DNA of 64,000 nt from Mytilus trossulus (taxonomy: Eukaryota), in the NCBI RefSeq assembly GCF_036588685.1, contig NC_086384.1, forward strand, positions 40,300,001 to 40,364,000. The letters run 5' to 3'. Each line of letters opens with the position of its first letter. Position 1 is the stretch's first letter. The translations under genes were made by a program, and so were the position numbers. The notes beneath the pieces were generated by a model. That model saw only the letters and a list, made by a program, of their open reading frames with translations, was not told the origin of the DNA and searched no databases. Shown here one piece after another: positions 1 to 14,105 of this stretch.

Positions 1-109
1 TTCTTTCTCAATTTTTGTTAGTTACGGATTCCAAACTTAAGTACGGCTTTAGACATCACCAAAGATAAAAATATGATTAAATATCCAAATCTTAGGCAAA
101 TTCATAATC

Positions 110-250
110 TAGGGGCCAGCTGAAGGATGCCTCCGGTTGCGGGAATTATTCGCTTCATTAAAAATCTGTTTGTGACCTTCTGTTGTTGTCTGCTCTATGG
201 TCGGGTTGTTGTCTATTTGACACATTTCCCATTTCCATTCTCAATTCTCA
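110..250 (+). repeat. SINE-like dispersed repeat 3' end
   Basis: GTGACCTTCTG.TGTTGTCTGCTCTATGGTCGGGTTGTTGTCT.TTTGACACATT.CCCATTTCCATTCTCAATT; also at ~14905-15007 and 22675-22806, degenerate at ~26290, 54360 and 58075 (minus). Confidence 0.8.
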
Positions 251-2494
251 TTTATGGTTACTTATGTATAAAAGGGTAACTTCAGGTTGTCCAGAATGGT
301 CATAAACAGTTCTTCATCTTATTGTGACATTTGTTGTCTTGCGCATAATATGTTGTATCTTGCTTATACTGGTCCCCTGTCCTCTTATGATTGTTTCTTA
401 CTATGATGACTGATCAAAATCCTTCATGTAACAAGGAAGTATCAGTCTAAACCTGGAAGTGATGCCATACACCCAGAAAAAGCACCATATATACTGAATG
501 ACAATATGTTCGACAAATGGAACTTTAGCTAATCCGTTGTCATCTGTGACACAGAATTCATTTACAGTAAATCCTGCAGACCATGATTGCATTCATTAAA
601 CTGTTGCGATAATGGAGTTGGCAAATCCTGCTCCACTTGATACACCCGCCATGTTTCCCAAGCAATTCGAAATTCTGTGAAGTTAAAATTGAGGAAAAAG
701 GACAGAATTGTGGTAACGATAATTAAACATAATCATGGTCTTCTCTCACAGATATATTCCGTAACAGTATATTAACTTAAAATGGTGTGCCAAAGCCTTT
801 CGGAAGAATGTTTCTAACTATGTTACTTCGGAGCCCTGTATCAAAAACTTCATCTTTCCGTTCTTTATAATAACTATTAGCTAAATGTATTGGAAATCGC
901 ATTCATAACCACTCGTTCGACTCCGTACCTTTATCTAACGATAGAAGAGTAGTAGCTAAGGGTATTTTCCGATGTTTGCCGATTGGACAAATATCAACAA
1001 AGACACAGAAATTAAACTGAGGGTGTGCACTGCTTACTGATGATGGTGCACACAAAGAACTTGACTATTTATTGTAGACTTTCTGAGCGCCTGTCTATTC
1101 GTGTAGTTTATCGTAAAAAGTTGCATAATATGTACATGGATATAACAAACAGTTGTCAAAATTGATATGGAAGCTTCGAATTAAACAAATTTGATGTTAT
1201 AAAATGTTCGATTCGTGGAAATCTGAAACTATATGAAATGTCGGACGACCAGTAAACATTAACGTTTTGATACATATGTTCAATATATACTGTACGTCCA
1301 ACTGTTGTTATTAGGAATATTGATTCCATTGCACTCTCCTATTGGTTACGATAGAGTGGGCATAGTTAACGTCCGTCCGTCTGTTATTTTTTTTACATAT
1401 TTATCAGCTTCTGTATCTAGAAATAATTTGATATTTCATCTGTATCTTTTGACGATAATTTGATTTTACAGAGTGCCTACATACTGAGGATGGAATTTTT
1501 CAATTCATATTTCTCACCTCCAGTGTTTTGGAATATTTTGAATTTAGATATTTAATATTGAATAAACAAGTTTCACATTTAACTGCGCATGTCTAACTTA
1601 ATAAGCTAAATTATAAAACCACGCAGCTTCAGTGTTAAAAAATTATTAATTTGATATTTGATCTTGAATTGGTTATGTTGAAAGTGCCGTGTAAGCAATT
1701 TTCAAATCTCCATGGCAGTTACTTCCTTTTTGACATTAATTTAGATAAGTCATTTTATCCAACAAGCATGGAATTTTATTGATTAAAAATGATTATTAAA
1801 GTGTGGGGTATGCATGTACTTCGCACGACATTGCGTGCAACTCATTGTTTATGAATAGAAATGATTCGAAATTTAAGTGAAACAAATCCGTTATGAACTC
1901 AAAACTATTTAACTTTTGAGATCTGATGAATATCAATATTAACGACTGCATTTGTGATATAGTTTGTTCCGTTCATAATTGTTGATACTCTTCCAGTATG
2001 AAATAGGAATGAAAACACACGTGTCACTAAGAAATGTGTAGGTATCCGGATAGATGTTCTTGATTTCTTTACATTTTAAGGGCATAGTCCATGTCTTAAG
2101 AAGTAACGCGTATTCTGTAATTTCATGAAAAAGGTTTTTCTGTTTATTTAAGTTATTCTGTTAAACGATGATTTCTTTATTCGAAAATTATTTCATTCGT
2201 TCCCGTAATCAGTAGTTTATAACCATTATTCTCCATTATGTTAACCCCGACCTACAAACAGAGCCGCGGTTTAAATACACTGAGAAAAAGCGAACAAATT
2301 TGGACGAGTATTCTGTCTTTAGGCATTAACATTTTTGTAGAGATGATCATATTGTGATAACTTATCCATTTAAATAATAAGTTGAAGCTGGGACAAATCG
2401 GGTTTTAACATATGTCATATATGTATAGCACGAATTTTAAGCTTTGATTTATAAAATATTTCCCTCAAACAATAGAAGGACTGAATCATATGAT

Positions 2495-3560
2495 ACCTCA
2501 TCAAAATTTGAAGTGCCAGAATGTTCGTCAATATGAATTAGACAGGCTATATTTCACTCATTTGTAAGATAAGTTGAACCTTTTCTATACTCTCGTCGTT
2601 TGCAAAAGGAGCCAAAACGGCGAATGCAGTTTGAGGTAAAACCCGGATATCCACCTCCTCAAAATTATTTTAAAGTGCGAGGATGCACGTAAACATATAA
2701 TTCACTTACCTTTTAATTTTTATTTAATCGTAATCGGTTTCTTCGATCAATTTAACCTTTTTGTTTCCTTTGTCCTTTGAACGCAGTTTGAGGTAAAACC
2801 CCGAGGATCCTAACTCCTTAATATTTAAAGCATAAGAATATCGTTCGCTCACGTTTATTTCAGATGATTGATAGTTTGATAAGTTTCACCTTTTCTTTTT
2901 CTCCGTGTCTTACATATAAAAGATAAATGTGAATGCAGTTTGAGGTAAACAACAAGAATCCCACCTCCTCAAAATGTAAAGCCCCTAGATGATCGTAAAG
3001 ATACGATATTGTTCACTCACTTGATTTTAGCGTATCGTCCGTTTGGTATAATAAAAGTTTTACCTTTTCTTTAATTACATTCAAATGTGAATGCAGTTGT
3101 AGAGATAGATTATCGAGAATCACAACTCCTCAAAATTCAAAGTGCAAGGATATACGTTAAGATATCGTTTGCTCTCTTGATTTTAGCTTGTTGTTTGGTC
3201 AATAAATTCAACCTTTTCTTTACCTGCCGAATCGAATTTTACAAGCTCAAAAATGTGTATGCAGTTTGAGGTTAAACTCCTAGCATCCCTCCTAATAGTT
3301 AAAGTGCATGATGTAAAACAGATCACGCTCGTTCACTTGATTTAAGCTAATTATTTGTTTGATAAGTTTAACCTTTTTCTTTACATTCGTACGAAATGTA
3401 TCTTACAAATCAAAAAATATAATTCAGCTTGAGGTTATGGCCCGAGAATAACACCTCCTCAGAATTTGAAGTGCCAGGATGTTCATAAAGATATCGTTTA
3501 TTCACGTTTATTTCATCTTATTGTTTGTTTGGTAAATTTGACCTTTTCTTTTCTTTCGTC
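2495..3560. repeat. Degenerate ~150-170-bp tandem repeat, about 7 copies
   Basis: Recurring GAATGCAGTTTGAGGTAAA...CCTCCTCAAAAT and GATAAGTT.AACCTTTTCT near 2622, 2780, 2931, 3090, 3259 and 3421. Confidence 0.85.
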
Positions 3561-3799
3561 TCATACAAATCAATGGACATCTAGTATAATCGTTTGTAAT
3601 TGAAATGACAATCATCCAAATGCCTAGGAAATAATGTGAACGATAAATTCCTTTTTTCTTTATAATTAGAAGCAGACGACTTTGAACTTTTTAATCAAAA
3701 GACGATAATTTCAATGAACTAATAGTTAAAAAACCTAATAAAACAAATGAAAGCGAAAAATAATATATGTAAATAACCTACATAGACTAAGGCAGACAT

Positions 3800-5466
3800 T
3801 TTTATTCAATGACCCCATCCAACCAATTTTTGGGGGACGTCAATTTTAAATATGAAATGTACGCTTTATGTTCTTTCATTTGATATGCGACAACCTTACC
3901 ATCTGAGAAATTTGAATGTTTGCACTAAATGACCCCACCCTTCCCCCCTGGGATGAAAAGGGGGTTTAAAATTTTCTTTTTTTAAGTAGAGTTTATTAAG
4001 ACCTTCAATTTGATATATCAGATGACCCCATTTGACAAAGTGCAAATAATGATGCAATATCAACTCTATAAATAGAAGTTATGAAACTTACAAAGTCAAT
4101 GCAAAACATGAAAATTTCAAATTGATTTTTTGGTGTTTTTTTCCATGGAATGATTTTGGTATTTGGTCAAACACATAACTATGTCAACCTCTTCAATTTC
4201 TAAAACATTTTTCGTGGTAAGCTCTTGATGATTCAGAAATACATGCCTCCGCTCGCAAAACTTCAAACTGCATTATCTCTAAAACGACAATAGATATCTC
4301 AAATCTGTTAAATGATAAATGATCTACAGTTGAAGGACAACATTATAAAAAAAGAATGTGGACAATTTCAAAGTTCACCAAGGTCACAATTAATCATCAA
4401 ATATATGATGCAATACAAAACTTGAGAACCGGAAGTCGTAGAGACATGGGACTATCACCATTCAACTCAGGACCACTTGACCTTTCAAATGTCACAAGGT
4501 CAAGGTCATAGTATAATGTGAAGGTCAAGGTGAAATTTCATCATGACCTGACATTGACCTCAAATTGAAGGTCTTGAACTACTGATCATCTTTGCAGTTT
4601 ATAGTAGGTTGATATCTGTTACCTTTAAAAAGATATACACACAATACTATACTTTTAAGAATCATCCCGTCGTAACTTTTGAACAGACAGTCGGAATCTT
4701 TTGAGCTCAGTGTATAAAATGTAGAGCTCGTCGAGAGGAGCATTTTATACACTGTAAGTATGCAGCAAACTCTTATCGTTTTCTTAATATGCAAGCTTGA
4801 AATTGCAGCGTAATTTTTTTTTGTACTTGGTGACCTTTGACCTTGGGTGCAAATTAAAGGTCACATGAACTTAAGATTATTGGTGTAGGTCCCAAGTCTT
4901 TACGACTTCCGGTTCTCGAGATACAATTTTTCAAAAATTGTGTATATTTTTTCAAGGGAAATAACTCCTTATAAGGGTTAACAACAAAATGATTGTATAT
5001 GTTTATTATCATTGCCATTTGGTCTTGTACATGTTGCCGTTTTCAAATCGATTCTATCTTGAATACTTTTTGAGAAAAATGTAAAAGAAAGAAATTGCTT
5101 CAAGGGGACGTAACTCTCATAGGGAATGATGAAATCCTTAGCAGCCTCATATGGTAAAACATCATGATGAGATCTAACTTTTGTCCAAATAAGGTCATGA
5201 TATCTTTTAAAACATTTAAGGGGGGCCATGTTGAAAAAAATCAATAAAAGGGAGATAACTTCTAAAGGGGATGATGAAATCCTACAAAAGTTCATCTGGT
5301 AAAAGTTCATGATGAGGTCTATCAATGATATATATTTGGTCTTGATAACTTCAACAGAAAGGGGATGAGGCCTTGTCAAACAAATGTTGGAAGAAAAAAA
5401 AGAAAAAGAAAAAAAAACATTAGAAAAACAATAAGGTCTTTCCTCACGTAGGGGAAAGACCTTAAT
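3800..5466 (+). mobile_element. Probable non-autonomous Helitron/Helentron-like element (left boundary approximate)
   Basis: Ends in a 12-bp hairpin TAAGGTCTTTCC-9nt-GGAAAGACCTTA (5432-5464) after an A-rich tract; the body is rich in TGACCTT/AAGGTCA motifs. Confidence 0.5.
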
Positions 5467-7600
5467 GATACTTTCAACCTACATGATTAATAAATTGTTT
5501 TTTGGTTTATCTACCGTCTTCGTTAAGGCATGTTCATTAAAAGTCTTATAAGTGCAAATATATGATGAACGACATAAGAAACGCACCAGTAATTTCTATG
5601 GAGAGAATTGCAAATGTGTTTTTGAAAAGAATTAACATTTTCAAACAATCTTTCTGAATTTATAAACATCACATTTAGTGAAAATGAATATTCATTTCAT
5701 TTTCTAAAAACAATTTATTTTCAACCCAAAATGATGCAATTTTCTTTAAAGATACAATCGAGGGAATCTGTTTTTACAAAAACTTTGAAACTGACTTTAG
5801 AAAAATCAGATTTTTGACTAAAGTTGTCTCAAATGACAAATTTTGAGTTGAAAAAATTGAGACCTTTGAACTTATACTTTTGTGAAAAAACATCCCATAT
5901 CATTTTAACGAAAATGTTATCAAATAAGTTAGAGATGAAATATACTAGTGTATCAAACATTTTTTTGCATAATCTCCCAAATTTACGAAACATTATTATA
6001 CAAGAGCAAGTAGTGCGTTTTTTATGTTGTTGAGGATACAATTTCTATTAGATACGATATTTATAAATTCAATTAGTAAAAGTTGGTTTGTATGCGGAAA
6101 TAAGAAAATAATCTCATCGATATTGGCTTAAAATGGTTTTACTGAAGACTAACAGAAACATAAATAATAAAGTTATACTGTTTTTATTTGATATGAATAA
6201 CAAGATAAACTTTATTTAGTTCATGACTGATGTTTGATACCAGTTAAAGTAAAATCACTAAAAAACTTAACTCCGAGGAAAATTCAAATAGGATAGTCTC
6301 TAATCAAATGGCAAAATGAAGGATATAACACATCAAACGAATGGACAACAACGGTCATATTCCTGACTTGGTACAGGTATTTTCAAAGGATAAGGAATGT
6401 ATCTTAAAATATCTTCATTATATAGGTTGATTGTTGTTTTTAAATATAAAAAAATAAGAGATGTGGTATGATTGACAATGAGACAACTACAATGTGTTTA
6501 CTTAAGTTCAAATGGTGTGGATGTAAACAACTGTAGGCAACCGTACGGTCGTCAATTATGAGAAAAACCCAAACCGTGTGATCAGCTATATATTCAAGAC
6601 ATCGATTGACAAATTATGAAACAATTCAATTGACAAAAACTTAAGACCATTTTTAAAATGAAACAATTCAACTGACAAAAACTTAAGATCATTTCCAAAA
6701 TAAAACAATTTACAAAAACAAACAGATATCAACAGTTAAACGACAACAACTGAACTACTTACTCATGAATTGGGGCAGTCACGCAAATAATGTGGCGGGG
6801 TTAAACATGTTTCTGATAGCTCGACCCCTTTAACCTGGGACAGTTATCTAACAGTAAAACCTAAGAAAAGCCTATAAAAGAAAACTGTTAAAAAAGTTTT
6901 AACACATCAGATGTAAACAAACGCCACTTTAAGCAGTGTTGGCTATATCGTGGCTGTCAGGCTACTTAAAGGACGAAGCCAGCATTTCCAAAGAGATACA
7001 ACGAGCTTCGTTATGCAAACTGATACTCCCTAGTAAATAGCAATGTATTTAAACGCACCTAGTTGCCCGTTACATGCTTCTTACTTAAAACATCAGTGTA
7101 CATAGGGTAGTGATAAAGAAATGAAATACATAGACTCTCGGTCACCAAGGAACATGACTTTATTACACGGAGGTTGAGAGTCACATATCTTATACTGATG
7201 ACTTTTGTGGGTCGATTTGTTAATGTCTCGTTGTTTAAATTGTTTTATCGTCTAATTATTTCATGTCACATATAATATTTGTTTTTAATAATATCTTTAC
7301 AAATATGATTACACTTATCAGAAAAAATATAACGCCTACTTTTTCTTTCAAATAAATCTGTTTGCTAAATCGGTCTGCTAATCCAATTTTTGAATCTTAA
7401 CAGTCATCATTCCAAAAATATCGAAAATACTATATCAGAAAATTTAAGTAGGCAAAGGAAAATATATCGTAAATGTCAGTTATACGACTCAATGATATAT
7501 TTTAAGGATAATTTAATAATATGATGAAGATTTGTCTGTGTTTCGGTCCTCAATGCGCTCCAACTTTGTACTTGTTTGGCTTTTAAGTGTTTTGATCTGA

Positions 7601-7644
7601 GCGTCACTGGTGAGTCTTTTGTAGACGAAACGCGCGTCTGGCGT
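7601..7644 (+). ncRNA. Hammerhead ribozyme motif, core variant CUGGUGA (likely inactive)
   Basis: gcgtca-CTGGTGA-gtcttttgtagac-GAAA-cgcgc-GTC-tggcgt, within the same repeat family. Confidence 0.65.
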
Positions 7645-8939
7645 ATTATATTATAATCCTGAAACCTTTGATATCTATTTCTTTGCAAAAGTGCTTTTAA
7701 TGGAATATTAAAATTCTAAATTGAATATCAACATAAGAATGTTATACCTCACGATGTAGAATTTTTAGGAAAGACTCATCTATAACGCTCAATAAAAAAA
7801 GGCAAATAGGATAAGTAAGTAAGAAGGTGTAGAGCATTGACGGTCAAATTTCACGAAGGATTTGTAAAATACAGCTAAGGTAATCTATTCCTGGGGTGAA
7901 AATTGTGGTTCGAGCAATTCAAATTAATAAACCTCAGTTCAATATACATGCAGCTACATCTATATACCAATTGCAAGATATGACATGTTTGTGAGTGCTC
8001 GACCCTAACATGGGACAGTGGTATAGCAATACAATATAAGAACGGACTATGAAAAAAGACATTTGAAAAATGCTTAAATCATCAGATTGTGGTACTAACG
8101 CCACTTTCATCAGTTTTGCTATATCGTTGAGGTCAGGTTTTGTTGTAATGGAAGAATCTAACATTTCCAGAGGGAAAGACCTTCGTCAGTAAAACCAACA
8201 TTCCAAGTAATCAACAATGAATTCAAATACACTTGAAACGTTACAGGGTTGAAACTAAAAAAAAAAACATCATTGTTGAGGTATACGTTAGTAATAATGT
8301 AACTGAAATACCTAGACCCATGACCAGCAAGGGATCTTCACATTTTAAGACTTAGATATTAACACGGTAGGTAAAAACCATGATCCCAGACGGACAATAT
8401 ACCTATCGTGTTAGTTTAAACATATAAATAAATATATAACATCCAAAAATGTCTATAATACTATATCAGAAAAAAATCAGGAAATCAAAGGAAAACATAT
8501 ATGAAATGTAGAATTAACGGTTCAATAATAGAGTTTAAGGATAATTTAAGGCTTTTTAATATGATAAAGATTTGTCTGTGTTTCTTTGCAAAAGCGCTTT
8601 TGATTAATTATGAAAATTTTTAATTTTAATTTTTTTTCGATGTCTTTATATGCCTAACAGAGAACCTTGTACCTTATCCTTGGAATTTAGATTATTATAG
8701 AAAATGTAAAGCAAAATATCAATCTTTTGATATTAAACACTCAACCAAAGACTATTCAGAACCGCTCGATTTAAAAATGTTAAATGGTCAAAAACGAAGT
8801 TGAAGAGTATTGACGGTCAACAGTTCAGAAAGGTTTTGTCAAATACAGCTAAAGTAATTTATTTCTTAGGTAGATATTTTAAACAATTAAACTTAGTTTA
8901 TCCCTTTTGATCTACGTGTACCTAGCATTAAAAATTCAA

Positions 8940-9330
8940 ATACTGCATTCCGAGGAAAATTCAAAACGGAAAGTCCCTTTTCAAACGGCAAAATCAAATG
9001 ACAAAACACGTCAAATGAATAGACAACAACTGTCATATTCCTGACTTGGTACGGTCGTTTTCACATGAAGGAAATGGTGGATTGAACCAAGTTTTATAGC
9101 GCTAAACATCTCACTTGTATGACTGTCGCATCAAATTCCATTAAATTGAAAACGACGTGTAAACAAAACAGACATTATAGGTAAAATAGTTACAATATTG
9201 ATACAGCAGACATCATTGTGTCACAATCTCAAAACAAACAAATATTTAACAAAAAAGCACAAAAAGCGTATATCAAATTTGAAAACCACATGCAATGCTT
9301 CGCGTGTATGACGACAGAAAATATACACGA
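8940..9330 (+). repeat. Dispersed repeat (CCGAGGAAAATTCAAA...ATATTCCTGACTTGGTAC family)
   Basis: Also at ~6250-6385 and ~30780-30940. Confidence 0.75.
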
Positions 9331-9746
9331 CACATAGAAAGAAATATAAAATAATTTTCCTTGATAACAAACATTTTGATTAATTTTAAGAATGAGATTA
9401 AGAAGAATAAATGTCCCTCGCGGTAATCAATTACATAATATATTGCAGAAGATAAGAACAATTAAAATGCAAAGGTCATTGGTGTAACATCATAAGTTAT
9501 AAGCTGACTACAGCCGTCAACATTTACGTTCAGAGGTCCTCAGGGAACAATAATAATAATAATAGTAAAAATTTCTATAGCGCCCTATATAACAAAAAAA
9601 TCACTCTAACATGTCTAAGGCGCTTTACATATACATATACATGATACAAATATAATAAGTTAACCACACAACAAAATGAAATAAACAATGTTATGTTTAA
9701 AAGAACTAAAAGCGTATATATGAAAGATATATGAACATAAATAATG

Positions 9747-12612
9747 ATGATGTTATAAACTGATTGCAGTCGTCAACAGTAACGTTCAGACGTCCTCGGT
9801 GCAACATCATAAGTTATAAGCTGACTACATCCGTCAACAGTAACGTTCAGAGGTCCTCGGTGCAACATCATAAGTTATCAGCTGACTACAGTCGTCAACA
9901 TTAACGTTCAGAGGTCCTCAGTGCAACATCATAAGATTTGAGCTGACTACAGCCGTCAACAGTAACGTTCAGATGCCCTCAGTGCAACATCATAAGTTAT
10001 AAGCTGACTACAGCCGTCAACAGTAACGTTCAGAGGTCCCCAGTGTAACAGCATAAGTTATAAGCTGACTACAGTCGTCAACATTAACGTTCAGAGGTCC
10101 TCAGTGTAACAGCATAAGTTTTAAACTGATTGCAGTCGTCAACATTAACGTTCAGAGGTCCTCGGTGCAACATTATAAGTTTTAAGCTGACTACAGTCGT
10201 CAACATTAACGTTCAGAGGTCCTCGGTGCAACATTATAAGTTTTAAGCTGACTACAACCGTCAACAGTAACGTTCAGATGCCCTCAGTGCAACATCATAA
10301 GTTATAAGCTGACTACAGCCGTTAACATTCACGTTCAGAGGTCATCCGGGCAACAGCATAAGTTATAAGCTGACTACAGTCGTCAACATTAACGTTCAGA
10401 GGTTATCGGTGCAACTTCATAAGTTATAAGCTGACTACAGTCGTCAACATTAACGTTCAGAGGTCCTCAGTGCAACATCATAAGTTATAAGCTGACTACA
10501 GTCGTCAACATTAACGTTCAGAGGTCCTCGGTGCAACATTATAAGTTTTAAGCTGACTACAGCCGTCAACAGTAACGTTCAGATGCCCTCAGTGCAACAT
10601 CATAAGTTATAAGCTGACTACAGCCGTCAACATTCACGTTCAGAGGTCATCCGGGCAACAGCATAAGTTATAAGCTGACTACAGTCGTCAACATTAACGT
10701 TCAGAGGTTATCGGTGCAACTTCATAAGTTATAAGCTGACTACAGTCGTCAACATTAACGTTCAGAGGTCCTCAGTGCAACATCATAAGTTATAAGCTGA
10801 CTACAGTCGTCAACATTAACGTTCAGAGGTCCTCGGTGCAACATTATAAGTTTTAAGCTGACTACAGTCGTCAACATTAACGTTCAGAGGTCCTCGGTGC
10901 AACATTATAAGTTTTAAGCTGACTACAGCCGTCAACAGTAACGTCCAGATGCCCTCAGTGCAACATCATAAGTTATAAGCTGACTACAGCCGTCAACATT
11001 AACGTTCAGAGGTCATCAAAGCAACAGCATAAGTTATAAGCTGACTACAGTCGTCAACATTAACGTTCAGAGGTTATCGGTGCAACTTCATAAGTTATAA
11101 GCTGACTACAGTCGTCAACATTAACGTTCAGAGGTCCTCATTGCAACATCATAAGTAATAAGCTGACTACAGTCGTCAACATTAACGTTCAGAGGTCCTC
11201 GGTGCAACATTATAAGTTTTAAGCTGACTACAGTCGTCAGCATTAACGTTCAGATGCCCTCAGTGCAACATCATAAGTTATAAGCTGACTACAGCCGTCA
11301 ACATTGACGTTCAGAGGTCATCCGGGCAACAGCATAAGTTATAAGCTGAATACAGCCGTCAACATTAACGTTCAGAGGTCCTCAGTGCAACAGCATAAGT
11401 TATAAGCTGACTACAGTCGTCAACATTATTGTTCAGAGGTCATCGGTGCAACATCATAAGTTATAAGCTGACTTAAGCCCTCAACATTAACTTTCAGGAG
11501 TCCTCAGTGCAACAGCATAAGGTATAAACTGATTGCAGTCGTCAACATTAACGTTCAGAGGTCATCCAGGCAACAGCATAAGTTATACGCTGACTACAGT
11601 CGTCAACATTAACATTCAGAGGTCCCCAGTGCTACAGCATAAGTTATAAGCTGACTACAGCCGTCAACAGTTACGTTCAGAGGTCATCGGTGCAACATCA
11701 TAAGTTATAAGTTGACTACAGTCGTCAACATTAACGTTCAGAGGTCCCCAGTGCTACAGCATAAGTTATAAGCTGACTAGAGCCGTCAACAATTACGTTC
11801 AGAGGTCTACGGTGCAACAGAATAAGTTATAAGCTGACTACAGTCGTCAACATTAATGTTCAGAGGTCCTCAGTGCAACAGGATAAGTTATAAGCTGACT
11901 ACAGCCGTCAACAGTTACGTTCAGAGGTCGTCAGTGCTACCTCATAAGTTATAAGCTGACTACAGCCGTTAACAGTAACGTTCAGAGGTCATCGGTGCAA
12001 CATCATAAGTTATAAGCTGACTACAGTCGTCAATATTAACGTTCAGAGGTTATCGGTGCAACATCATAAGTTATAAGCTGACTACAGTCGTCAACATTAA
12101 CGTTCACAGGTCCTCAGTACAACATCATAAGTTTTAAGCTGACTACCGCCCTCAACATTAACGTTCAGAGGTCCTCAGTGCAACAACATAAGTTATAAGC
12201 TGACTACAACCGTTAACAGTAACGTTCAGAGGTCATCGGTGCAACATCATAAGTTATAAGCTGACTACAGTCGTCAACATTAACGTTCAGAGGTTATCGG
12301 TGCAACATCATAAGTTATAAGCTGACTACAGTCCTCAAAATTAACGTTCACAGGTCCTCAGTGCAACATCATAAGTTTTAAGCTGACTACAGCCCTCAAC
12401 ATTAACGTTCAGATGTCCTCGGTGCACCATCATAAGTTATGAACTGATTACAGCCGTCAACAGTAACGTAAAAAGGTGATCGGTGCAACATCATAAGTTA
12501 TAAGCTGACTACAGTCGTCAACAGTAACGTTCAGAGGTCCTCAGTGCAATAACATAAGTTATAAACTAATTACAGCCGTCAACAGTAACGTGAAAAGGTC
12601 CTCGGTGCAACA
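9747..12612. repeat. 61-bp tandem satellite, about 47 copies
   Basis: Unit GTGCAACATCATAAGTTATAAGCTGACTACAGTCGTCAACATTAACGTTCAGAGGTCCTCA. An isolated copy lies at ~9474-9549 and degenerate relatives at ~17590-17700. Confidence 0.97.
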
Positions 12613-13917
12613 TATAACACCATAAATTGTTACGTAAAAGACTAAAACTAAATACAGACGTCCACATTATAACCTAAGATCATATGATTTTTTATCAACA
12701 GGGTAATTACTTTGAATTATCTTTCGATAACTCTACACATTTTATTATCATCTTGTATTGAATAACTTTTCCTCTAATGCTCTAAATGTCTATCAAAGAT
12801 TTCCGTCAAAAATACTGTTTTTAAACTGATTTTCAAGCACGTTCTCTTATTAATATATCTGGGAGTAACATAATGAATTATTATTTTTAAAACCAACATT
12901 AAATACAGCCATCAACATTAAAATATGAGATTGTATGATTTCTTATCACCTTGTGTAGTACTTTAAATTTGCTTTGGTATCTTCAAGGATTATTGACAAG
13001 TTCTATATTGATTAACTTTTATTTTGCCTGTGTTATATTTGTCTGTCACATGTTTCCGTCATAAAAAGCAGTAAGTGCTTTTATAGACCGATTTTTAAGA
13101 ACGTTCTTACGTTATATATATATATATATATATATAGTTGATGTATTTGATAGAAACATCCTAAATTGTTACTTTAAGGACAAAAAATTAATACAGTCAC
13201 CAATGTTAGAATATTAGACCTCATGGTTTCATATATTAAGCAGTTTAACTACTTTGAATTTGCTGTCGACAAACTCTAGCATTCTGCTATCAAATTGTAT
13301 TGATTAACTCTTCTTTTTCCAATTTTGTTGTTGTTGTCTATCGTAGCTTTAACATTTCCGTCAAATAAGAGTATTAAGTGCTGTTTATCAAATGATTATT
13401 ATAGCAGGTTCTTTTATTGATATACATGTGCATTGCAGAAACATCATGAATTGCTATGTTAATAGCTTGATATAATACAGCCGTCAATATAAGAATCTGT
13501 TAACTCATGACTGCTTATCACCAGTTTAAAAGTTGAGATTGCTTTCAGTATCTCGAACTATACTGTGATCATGTTCTATTGATTAACTCTTACTTTTTCC
13601 AGTGTTTTTGTCTATCATCGATTCCAGTCATAATAAAGTATTCAGTGCTTTTATAGACTATTTTTTTGGTTCGTTCTATAGTGTGTATACCTTTATGACC
13701 AACTCCAGGAAAGTTCTTCAAACATTTTTTTTTTTGTTGGTTTTCAATGTCTCTTTTAGCGTATTTTGCTACATGGTGACGTTCAGGGTTATATTTATAG
13801 AGGAATTCAGCATATCCAGAAAGAAACCACGACCTTTTTAAGGAAAAAATTACAATCCTAGAAAATATCATTTCAACGCAGCAGCTACGTACAGGCTTCA
13901 AACTAAAAAAAAATATT

Positions 13918-14105
13918 ATTGTTGATACGGTTGTGATGAAGTTATTAGAATACCTAGACCATCGACCACTAAGGGACATCATTGTTGATACGGTTGTGAT
14001 AAAGTTAATAGAATAACTAGACCCTGAACCACAAATGGACTTCATTGTTGATACGGTTGTGATAAAGTTAATAGATTACCTAGACCCTCAACCACCAGTG
14101 GACCT
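13918..14105. repeat. 63-bp tandem repeat, 3 copies
   Basis: ATTGTTGATACGGTTGTGAT.AAGTT...CTAGACC at 13918, 13981 and 14044. Confidence 0.9.

Noticed and set aside
4579-5379. ORFs of 71 and 133 aa
   Set aside because: They lie inside a probable non-autonomous element and have no transposase or helicase motifs.
9747-12612. Regular repeat array that could be mistaken for CRISPR or a repetitive protein
   Set aside because: Head-to-tail 61-bp monomers with no unique spacers; the unit is not a multiple of 3 and contains stops; eukaryotic context with no cas genes.
13590-14045. 151-aa ORF with internal repeats
   Set aside because: Arises from the 63-bp tandem repeat and duplicated non-coding blocks; no protein features.
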